Source of the DNA: an uncultured Candidatus Bathyarchaeia archaeon
Lineage (GTDB): Archaea; Thermoproteota; Bathyarchaeia; Bathyarchaeales; Bathycorpusculaceae
Reading direction: 5' to 3'
Assembly: GCA_964347765.1 (NCBI GenBank)
Contig: CAYGAG010000021.1
Span: 4,088-28,087, forward strand
Length of the DNA: 24,000 bases
The notes under the pieces were generated by a model. It was given only the letters and a program-made list of their open reading frames with translations. It was not told the origin of the DNA and did not search any database. Below, one piece after another: positions 17,691-24,000 of this stretch. Within the stretch, counting starts at the first letter, position 1; each line of letters begins with the position of its first letter. The translations under genes and the position numbers were made by a program.

Positions 17691-18364
17691 CTAAAACGTC
17701 AGCAGCCAAGGTGCAAGAAATCTCGAGAGAAGCAGGATTGCAAAAGAGAACGAAGGCACAGTGACGTTATCATCAATACTGTAGAATTCGAAGTGCTCTA
17801 CAACAGATGCAACACCTCCAGCTGCAATTCCCGCAAATCCAAGCATTGCACCTACAGTCATGGAAAACGCGGCCATAGCCACGTTTCCCCACCAAGGCTT
17901 TGCCCTTTTTCTATAAAGATGATTTCTAACGATGCCTGTGACAGCATCACCAACTGACATGAAGAGAACGGGCAGGACCCGATTAGGAAGTCTCCTTCGG
18001 ACACTAACCAGCCTAGAGTGATCACAATTCCCCACATCATAGTGAATGTTACTTCATACATGTTTTCCGTTGTTTGAAACCAATACATCAATCTTTCAGT
18101 CTTGTGAGGAATGTAGGTGAAGATTGACAGTAATATAGACATCACCAAAGGAAAAAACGAAGTTGAAAAGAGATACGGAACCGCAGAAGCACAAACTCCG
18201 CCTGCAAAAATGTGAATGACCTTGCGATTATAGTAAACCGCAACATTATCTTCGACGCCTCGGCTTTTCATCCAAACAAACAGTCTCCTTGTGAGAATTA
18301 AGGTCACAAAGATAACCCATAGGAGAAGAAGCACAGCTGCGACTAGCTCGTATACCGCTATCAT
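17691..18364 (-). pseudogene. dolichol/phytol kinase-like (CTP-dependent polyprenol kinase / cytidylyltransferase family) membrane protein, interrupted by a shift to the -1 frame
   Basis: Upstream ORF 17858-18364 gives ..YYNRKVIHIFAGGV...MMWGIVITLGWLVS... The -1 ORF 17691-18035 gives ..VLPVLFMSVGDAVTGIVRNHLYRKRAKPWWGNVAMAAFSMTVGAML...EHFEFYSIDDNVTVP... These are the RK..H, GD..A..vG....K.weG..AM and E....DDN..vP blocks of this family. Only the joined product of about 225 aa is complete. Confidence 0.6.
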
Positions 18365-18424
18365 TGATAATGTGTCCTTCGGTATTCTTTATTCAGTTTC
18401 GCGCAAAACACAACTGCGCGCGTA

Positions 18425-18859
18425 TCAAGACGTTTCTTTCTCGATCATCGCTGCAATTTTCAGAGCAATTTCTATGTTCTTTTCAAGTTCATCCATCTCC
18501 GGCGAGACATTCCTGTAAAACTCTATCGTTCCTCGGTCAACTGTTTTTAACAGAATCAGATTGGTAGGGTAGAAATAATGACCAAACACATCTTTGCTTC
18601 GCAATGATTCTTCCTGCGATCCAGAAGATTGCCTGACATGTATTTGGGCAAAGACTACTCTGCCTCCGTGCTTTTCTTCAACTCTTTTTGCCAGCTCACT
18701 AAGTTTCGGCTTCTGTTCTTGGCACCCAAGGCATCCATCGCGAGTAACGGCAACAACGTAGACTTTTCCAAAGTCATGAGCCAAATAGTCTAGATGAGGT
18801 TCTCCTGTTTCCCATATCTTCTTCTCAAGTGTGGTGAATTCGATCGTGTTGATTGGCAT
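18425..18859 (-). CDS. thioredoxin-fold protein
   Basis: 144 aa. ..VYVVAVTRDGCLGCQEQKPKLSELA.. is a CxxC active site in the thioredoxin-type beta-alpha context. Confidence 0.55.
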   Translation of the reverse strand: MPINTIEFTTLEKKIWETGEPHLDYLAHDFGKVYVVAVTRDGCLGCQEQKPKLSELAKRVEEKHGGRVVFAQIHVRQSSGSQEESLRSKDVFGHYFYPTNLILLKTVDRGTIEFYRNVSPEMDELEKNIEIALKIAAMIEKETS

Positions 18860-18881
18860 GCGATTCTATCAGCAAGAAAGG

Positions 18882-18890
18882 ATATTTAAG
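18882..18890 (-). promoter_or_regulatory. candidate TATA box for the thioredoxin-like gene
   Basis: The reverse strand reads CTTAAATAT, about 27 nt upstream of the start at 18859, in the divergent intergenic region. Confidence 0.35.
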
Positions 18891-18954
18891 CGATTGCGAT
18901 TTCTTCCAAGATAGGTCTCGCCATCTAAAAGATGCATGTTCACTTGTGGTTTCC

Positions 18955-19698
18955 ATGATCGTCAGGGAAGTCCATGCGAAAACCATTCTATCAAAGTCCA
19001 AAGTTTCTGATTATACGATTAATCCTTACATTGGCTGTGAACATGGATGCACCTACTGTTACGCACGATTCATGAAAAGGTACACGGGTCACACGGAATC
19101 GTGGGGCGAATTTGCTGACGTGAAGATAAATGCGCCAACTCTGTTGCAACGCATAATTGAGAAGAAAAGACCAGGCAGAGTTTGGATCAGTGGGGTATGT
19201 GATCCTTATCAACCACTTGAGAAGAAATATGAGATCTCTAGAAAATGTCTCGAAATCCTATCAAACCATGGTTGGCCCATCACAATTCAAACGAAGTCTC
19301 CGCTCGTGAAGCGAGATGTGGATTTGTTTAGGACCTTCAAAGATATCGAAGTAGGACTTACAATCACCACAGCCGACGAGAACATTCGAAAGATCTTCGA
19401 GCCAAATACACCGGCGATCGAAGAGAGAATTGAGACTCTAGGGAAGCTACACTCAGCAGGGCTCAAAACCTATGCAATGATAGCACCATTACTCCCAAAT
19501 GCTGAAAGTTTGGTGGCTCAGCTAACCGGAAAAGTGGATCATGTCATCATCGACAGGATGAACTATCATTACGCGGACTGGGTCTACAAGAAGTATGGAT
19601 TAGAATATGCACTCACTGACAGCTTCTTCACACAAAAGAAGATGGAGCTTGCTAAGGCACTTGAAGAAGAGGAGATGAATTATCAATTGTTATTCTGA
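18955..19698 (+). CDS. radical SAM protein, COG1533 ('DNA repair photolyase'/SplB-like) family
   Basis: MIVREVHAKTILSKSKVSDYTINPYIGCEHGCTYCYARFM contains the family N-terminus and the CxxxCxxC cluster (19036-19059). The start is moved to ATG 18955; the track ORF begins at 18853 and overlaps the divergent gene. Confidence 0.7.
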   Translation: MIVREVHAKTILSKSKVSDYTINPYIGCEHGCTYCYARFMKRYTGHTESWGEFADVKINAPTLLQRIIEKKRPGRVWISGVCDPYQPLEKKYEISRKCLEILSNHGWPITIQTKSPLVKRDVDLFRTFKDIEVGLTITTADENIRKIFEPNTPAIEERIETLGKLHSAGLKTYAMIAPLLPNAESLVAQLTGKVDHVIIDRMNYHYADWVYKKYGLEYALTDSFFTQKKMELAKALEEEEMNYQLLF

Positions 19699-19886
19699 CC
19701 CGGACGTATACATTTAGGTGAAAAACCATATACTGATGTGATCTCTCCCGATGCGAGTGTACTCTAATGTACTGTGCGTGAGAATCCAGCAACGTGCCGG
19801 AAGAGATCTGGACACTACCGCAAGAAGAGATAGTCCTCGCAGATCCTCTTTTGCTTAGGGTCCAGTCAGATATTTTGTACTGAAGA

Positions 19887-19900
19887 TTTTATATTATAAT
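19887..19900 (+). promoter_or_regulatory. candidate TATA box for the MFS transporter gene
   Basis: TTTTATATTATAAT lies 35-45 nt upstream of GTG 19935, in a 236-nt intergenic region. Confidence 0.35.
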
Positions 19901-19934
19901 ACGCAGCAGACTGTGTCGCGAATTAGGTGGATTT

Positions 19935-21113
19935 GTGGCAGAAGGGAAATTTCAACGTAAATTGCTGTTCTTATGTGGTTCTCATACTTTGCTCCATGTC
20001 TATACAAATCTTCCCCTTGCTCTCTTGCCTATTCTAATTGATGAATATGGATTGTCTATTCTTCTTGCGGGTATAGTTGTGTCTATCCCTCGAGCCTTCT
20101 CACTTGTGTTTTCAGTTCCGAGTGGGTTACTTGCTGATCGTCTGGGTCACACTAAGCTTATCTCATTTAGCTTATTTTTGGATGTGTTGGCTGCTTCCTT
20201 GATCTTTCTGTTTCCGAATGTAGAAATCGATGTGTTAGGCTTTTCATTAATTGCTCTAGCATCAACATTTTATCATCCGCCTGCTTTGAGTGCAACGAGT
20301 AACATTTCCCCGTCAGATTTTTTGACTAGAGCATTAGGTTTTCATGGTGCAAGTGGCACATTGGGGATCTCTCTAGGACCCATTACATTGGGCTTTGTCT
20401 TGGGTTGGCGTGAATGGAGATACGTGTATCTCATTTGGATTGCCCCAATATTTTTCATTGCAGCTGCTGGGTTTTTCGTAAATATAGATGATCACCTAAA
20501 TGAAGGTCACGATAAGAGGAAAAAGAAGCGTCTGACCACTCCGCTAAAGGATGTTCTGTCAGTCAATTTCTTATCTTTTCTTTTACTTATGCTCTTCGCA
20601 AGTGCTGCAAGCGGAACCATTTCAACTTATTTGACAACTTATCTCACTGAAAGCAAAGGTTTACACGCCAGTTTGGCAAGCATCGTTTTCGGCTTAAGCC
20701 CCTTGATTGGCTTAGCAAGTGTCATTATAGGCGGCTATGCAGGAGATAAGCTGGGATGGAGAAGATCCCTTACGTTAGCTATCTCAACAGTGACTATTGC
20801 TCTGTTCTTAATGTTTGTCTCAACTTCGATCATGCAAACGGTACTGTTCTATTTTGTATATGGTTTCTTCAATATCATGACTATGCCAATCATGACTTCG
20901 TTGGTTGCAAAAATCATACCTCAGAAGTCAAGAGGAACTGCCTACAGTCTACAGTTCATTCCCGAGAGCGTTATAGGAATTGTACTGCCGATAATGTTGG
21001 GCGTATTGATCAATCTCTTTAAGATCTGGATAATCTTTCCCATAGCCATAGTCTTCTTCATCATCGTTCTCATTGTAACTCAAACGTTGGAAATACAGTG
21101 GATCGGAAAATAG
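19935..21113 (+). CDS. MFS transporter
   Basis: 392 aa with about 12 TM helices. Motif A-like SGLLADRLGHTKL between TM2 and TM3, and a central charged loop (HDKRKKKR). GTG start. Confidence 0.7.
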   Translation: MAEGKFQRKLLFLCGSHTLLHVYTNLPLALLPILIDEYGLSILLAGIVVSIPRAFSLVFSVPSGLLADRLGHTKLISFSLFLDVLAASLIFLFPNVEIDVLGFSLIALASTFYHPPALSATSNISPSDFLTRALGFHGASGTLGISLGPITLGFVLGWREWRYVYLIWIAPIFFIAAAGFFVNIDDHLNEGHDKRKKKRLTTPLKDVLSVNFLSFLLLMLFASAASGTISTYLTTYLTESKGLHASLASIVFGLSPLIGLASVIIGGYAGDKLGWRRSLTLAISTVTIALFLMFVSTSIMQTVLFYFVYGFFNIMTMPIMTSLVAKIIPQKSRGTAYSLQFIPESVIGIVLPIMLGVLINLFKIWIIFPIAIVFFIIVLIVTQTLEIQWIGK

Positions 21114-21166
21114 CGGCATCCACCGTAGAGAGGCTCACGTGGTAGACAATTCCCACGAAATTCCCC

Positions 21167-22270
21167 TCAACAATATTTTAGTGCTTTCTCTAGAACTTCA
21201 AAGGCTTCCGCAATTTCTGGTTTTCCCGGGTCCATGTTACCAAGGCCCAGTCTTATCTTGCTTGACTTAGATAAGTTGTAACCATGCCTGAAAAGAAAGA
21301 ATGCTCCTGGTACAGCAGCTAAACTGTGTTTGGGTATTGCGTGTTCAGTTACCCACTTGTACGTGTCTTCTATTGACAGCGTCACCCAGTAGGTAATCCC
21401 TATCTTGTTAGGGAGATACTCTAAGCTCTGTTCTTCCAAAAATCGTTCAGTCAAACTCTTGAGAACTAACCATTTTTGTTTGTGTCTTTCAAGGGTCTTG
21501 CAGTCTTTTGATAAAAGCTCTGACGCGATGAGCTGCACAATGTTTGGACTGTTGCCTACAGTATTCAATACATCCGTATAAAGTTCTTGAACAATATCCT
21601 TGCCAGCCAATGCCACGCCGAGTTTTAATCCTCCAAGTCCATAAGCCTTTGTAAAGCTCGTCGTTGTAATGCCCAAGTCTGGGTTAATAGAGAACATCGT
21701 AGGAATAGCAGTCCGATCGAACTCAGCGTAGATTTCATCGCATAATACATAGAATCCATGTTCTTGAGCGATGGTCATAATCTCTTCAAGTTCTTTCTTA
21801 CTAGATACGACGCCGCTAGGTGCATGTAGATTAGTCAATACAAGCAACGCGGTTTTCTCTGAAACTTTTCTCGAAAGGCCATCTATATCCAGACGATAGT
21901 CTTCCTTCTCCTTTCTTTCAAGTCTTTTGACTCGTGGAAAACATTCTTGAACCTTCCGTAATAGTGGTTCGTAGGTGGGATACTCAACTATTGCCTCGTC
22001 TTTCCCATTGTTTCGTTGTGAAATGCACCTGATTATCCGTGTGTTTTGGCCTGAAGCGCCTTCACTGGAAATGAAGACATTCTCAGGTTGCACAGCATAT
22101 CTCTTAGCAATTAGCTCAGAAGTTTCAGGATTGCCATACGCATAATTGAGACTTAGATCGACTTCACCTAACTTCAGACTATACCGGAATTTGCCAACAC
22201 CGCTTGAGCGAAGATCGTACTTCAATTCTGGTACATGAATATACCAATATAGGTATGATGAACGGTTCAT
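21167..22270 (-). CDS. pyridoxal-phosphate-dependent aminotransferase, class I/II
   Basis: TTSFTKAYGLGGLKLG matches the SxxK(PLP)xxGxxGxRxG motif. ..LVLTNLHAPSG.. and ..VLCDEIYAEF.. are also conserved blocks. Confidence 0.75.
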   Translation of the reverse strand: MNRSSYLYWYIHVPELKYDLRSSGVGKFRYSLKLGEVDLSLNYAYGNPETSELIAKRYAVQPENVFISSEGASGQNTRIIRCISQRNNGKDEAIVEYPTYEPLLRKVQECFPRVKRLERKEKEDYRLDIDGLSRKVSEKTALLVLTNLHAPSGVVSSKKELEEIMTIAQEHGFYVLCDEIYAEFDRTAIPTMFSINPDLGITTTSFTKAYGLGGLKLGVALAGKDIVQELYTDVLNTVGNSPNIVQLIASELLSKDCKTLERHKQKWLVLKSLTERFLEEQSLEYLPNKIGITYWVTLSIEDTYKWVTEHAIPKHSLAAVPGAFFLFRHGYNLSKSSKIRLGLGNMDPGKPEIAEAFEVLEKALKYC

Positions 22271-22455
22271 TCAAGATCCCTACCTGTGTTACTGTCCTAT
22301 TAATCTCCCTATCTCGTTTCTGATCGCCTGTGCAACATTCCACCATCCACAGGTTCGACGGTAAATCTACGTAGGTTCTATCTTCCTTTCCAAGATACTG
22401 AGCGTCTTCTATCTCTTTCTTCAATATATTAAGACCCAAGCGCGCTTATGGAAAA

Positions 22456-22464
22456 GCTTTTAAA
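22456..22464 (+). promoter_or_regulatory. candidate TATA box for the CofE-like gene (leaderless geometry)
   Basis: CTTTTAAAA is centred about 29 nt upstream of ATG 22489. Confidence 0.35.
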
Positions 22465-22488
22465 ACTTCTGCTATTCATAGCCAATCC

Positions 22489-23667
22489 ATGGTTAAGATA
22501 CCAAATTATGTAGGACCACTCGCTTTTGGAGTCAAGATGGGTGTCATCTTACCAGGAGATGACATCGTAGAAGACATTTTTGAAGCTGTTGAAAGATGCA
22601 ATCAAGACGGTTTAATCGATGATGGCGACATATTGTGTGTCACAGAATCTGTTGTGGCAAAAGCACAGGAAAACTATGTTTCCAGGAGAGAAATCGCTGA
22701 AGAAGCTAGGAGAAAATTAAGCATAGACGAAAAGGACAATCTTGGGATACTTTATCCTATAGCCAGCAGAAACAGATTCGTTCCAGTTCTAGAAAGTTTC
22801 GCCAAGGCAGTTCCTAAGGGAGATATTACTCTTCAATTCTCTTTTCCAACAGACTGTGTTGGCAATCAACTAGTACCAGAGGATTTAGATAGAAGGCTAA
22901 ACAAGAATTTGCTCACAGATGAAATAAGTTTCGATGAACTCAAAGAAGTACGCTTCTATCACCCTGCCACTGGTATTGATTACGTAGCTCTTTACAGTCA
23001 GACCATAGAAAAGGAAGGAGCCAAGCCCGAAATCTTTCTTTCTAACGACCCAACAAGAATCACCAAGCATGAGCCTGATGGCATAATTGTTTCTTGTATT
23101 CATGAAAGGAGAAGAATATTCCAGAAGATTAAGAACATATTTGATAATACTATAGCACTAGATGACTTGTTTAATGAGCCTAACAATAATGCTTGGTCTG
23201 AATGGGGACTTCTGGGTTGTAACTTGAATTCCACTGAACTGATCAAATTGGCGCCTCAGCAATCTTTTGAAGTTGCAAGAAAAATTCAAGCTAAGATAAG
23301 GGACGAGATAGGAAAGAAAACGGAGGTTTTAATATACGGCGATGGTGCTTACAAAGACCCTAGCACGGGCATCTATGAACTAGCAGACCCTGTATGCTCA
23401 TTTGGTTATACTGACGGTCTAGCTGGGAGGAGAGAAGGTATCAAATACAAATATTTTGTGGGTAGGCTGAGATCTCAAGGCAAAAGCAGAGAAGAAATAG
23501 AAAAATGCATTGAAAAAGAGAAAAATAAATCATACAAGATTGACCATGACTCCATGGAAGGCACTACTCCCAGGAAAATGGAAGACATAGCTGCAAGCTT
23601 GGCAGATTTAGTTAGCGGTTCGGCGGATGCTGGAACACCATTGGTAGTAATTAAGAATTTCCTGTGA
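22489..23667 (+). CDS. CofE-like (F420-0:gamma-glutamyl ligase family, COG1478-like) protein, long variant
   Basis: N-terminus ..VILPGDDIVEDIFEAV....GLIDDGDILCVTESVVAKAQENYV.. and C-terminus ..AASLADLVSGSADAGTPLVVIKNF resemble CofE-family ends. The central region is divergent and longer (392 aa) than canonical CofE. Confidence 0.45.
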   Translation: MVKIPNYVGPLAFGVKMGVILPGDDIVEDIFEAVERCNQDGLIDDGDILCVTESVVAKAQENYVSRREIAEEARRKLSIDEKDNLGILYPIASRNRFVPVLESFAKAVPKGDITLQFSFPTDCVGNQLVPEDLDRRLNKNLLTDEISFDELKEVRFYHPATGIDYVALYSQTIEKEGAKPEIFLSNDPTRITKHEPDGIIVSCIHERRRIFQKIKNIFDNTIALDDLFNEPNNNAWSEWGLLGCNLNSTELIKLAPQQSFEVARKIQAKIRDEIGKKTEVLIYGDGAYKDPSTGIYELADPVCSFGYTDGLAGRREGIKYKYFVGRLRSQGKSREEIEKCIEKEKNKSYKIDHDSMEGTTPRKMEDIAASLADLVSGSADAGTPLVVIKNFL

Positions 23668-23676
23668 TTTTTTTTT
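23668..23676 (+). terminator. oligo-T tract (archaeal-type terminator) immediately after the CofE-like stop codon
   Basis: TGA (23665-23667) is followed directly by T9. Confidence 0.4.
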
Positions 23677-23892
23677 GATTGTAGGTCGCGTATGTAGTGC
23701 CTATTCATCTCAGAGCTTGCAAATGTGAATGAGTGAATAGTTGGTCAGGTCGGACTTGAACCTATATTACTAATTGAGATGTCTCCCGCAATAGCCCTAT
23801 CTATGGTGTGACTTCCACTCTCTACAATGTACTTCGCAGATATGGTAGATGAGGAGTTGTTTTCTAGAAGTCTAACGCGCGCTGCATGCATG

Positions 23893-24000
23893 CTAATTTG
23901 GTGTGATTATCCCGTCTTTCATCATTATTCTTCTTTCTGCATAGTCGGCAATATCTTGTTCATGGGTGATAACAATGATTGTAGTTTTTGTTTCTTCATG
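23893..24000 (-). CDS. ABC transporter ATP-binding protein, C-terminal 35 codons only (gene continues beyond the window)
   Basis: The reverse strand reads HEETKTTIIVITHEQDIADYAERRIMMKDGIITPN then TAG (23893-23895). This is the H-loop (ITHE) and C-terminal 'R.i.l.DG.i' ending of COG1136-type ATPases. Confidence 0.65.
   Translation of the reverse strand, partial: HEETKTTIIVITHEQDIADYAERRIMMKDGIITPN

Noticed and set aside
2509-18050. Programmed -1 ribosomal frameshifting as the explanation for the three split genes.
   Set aside because: None of the junctions has an X-XXY-YYZ slippery heptamer or an obvious downstream stem-loop or pseudoknot. The shared octamer sits in different codon phases at the two sites where it occurs. 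A missing base (mutation or sequencing artefact) is the simpler explanation.
473-19937. There is an apparent excess of non-ATG starts: GTG at 473, 2369 and 19935; TTG at 9962, 12163, 15000 and 15834. I considered unusual initiation.
   Set aside because: This is partly a consequence of longest-ORF calling. Where N-terminal family conservation could be judged, the TTG or GTG codons are plausible, but this is within the normal range for archaea and cannot be resolved without TSS or N-terminal proteomic data.
221-23708. Many antisense or alternative-frame track ORFs lie inside well-supported genes. Examples: 221-451, 545-1372, 3997-4444, 5977-6246, 6467-7864, 10044-10852, 12437-12845, 13239-13784, 13895-14956, 15715-16520, 16841-17484, 17637-17957, 18291-18567, 18991-19212, 20756-21022, 22179-22439, 22897-23103, 23475-23708.
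   Set aside because: Each is fully or largely nested in a gene with strong family motifs on the other strand or frame. Their translations are compositionally odd (Ser/Leu/Arg/Cys-rich). They are shadow ORFs.
23741-23761. The reverse strand reads GGTTCAAGTCCGACCTGACCA, which resembles a tRNA T-arm plus 3' acceptor strand. I considered a tRNA gene or a tRNA-derived att remnant.
   Set aside because: The T-stem would pair at only 3 of 5 positions. No complementary 5' acceptor strand (TGGTCAG-like), D-arm or anticodon arm could be found in the preceding ~120 nt, even allowing an intron. No integrase or direct repeat partner is visible in the window.
1-24000. I looked for CRISPR repeats, IS elements or terminal inverted repeats, integrases, toxin-antitoxin pairs and known defence-system genes.
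   Set aside because: I could not see any regularly spaced direct repeats, transposase or integrase motifs, or defence-associated domains. The window looks like ordinary chromosomal or accessory metabolic content.

Overview
The window looks like a chromosomal fragment from an uncultivated archaeon, probably a MAG. Evidence for archaeal origin: a COG4742/DUF1724-type wHTH regulator, DUF3795, a CofE-like protein, a NosD-like beta-helix surface protein, A/T-rich TATA-like boxes about 27 nt upstream of several start codons, SD-like sites only in front of operon-internal genes, and an oligo-T terminator. I support about 24 genes; they are mostly housekeeping or accessory metabolism and membrane functions. 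I saw no CRISPR array, rRNA, complete tRNA, transposase or integrase. The standout is an intact heliorhodopsin gene (16784-17602). It carries the TM7 Schiff-base lysine, the TM3 glutamate counterion and both signature histidines. It lies directly downstream, on the same strand, of an ABC importer that has no binding-protein gene (fused double permease plus TOBE-type ATPase) and two tandem DUF47/PhoU-like genes. On its other side are a broken dolichol/phytol-kinase-like gene, a thioredoxin-like gene and a COG1533 'DNA repair photolyase'-type radical SAM gene. A second notable pattern is that three unrelated genes are each interrupted by a shift into the -1 frame (one base missing). They are a PNPOx-like gene, the C-terminal domain of the beta-helix protein, and the dolichol-kinase-like gene. 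Two of the break points coincide with the octamer ATGTACGT. This could be real pseudogenisation or a context-dependent sequencing or assembly error; I cannot tell which from the sequence. All homology statements come from motif recognition by eye, not from database searches.
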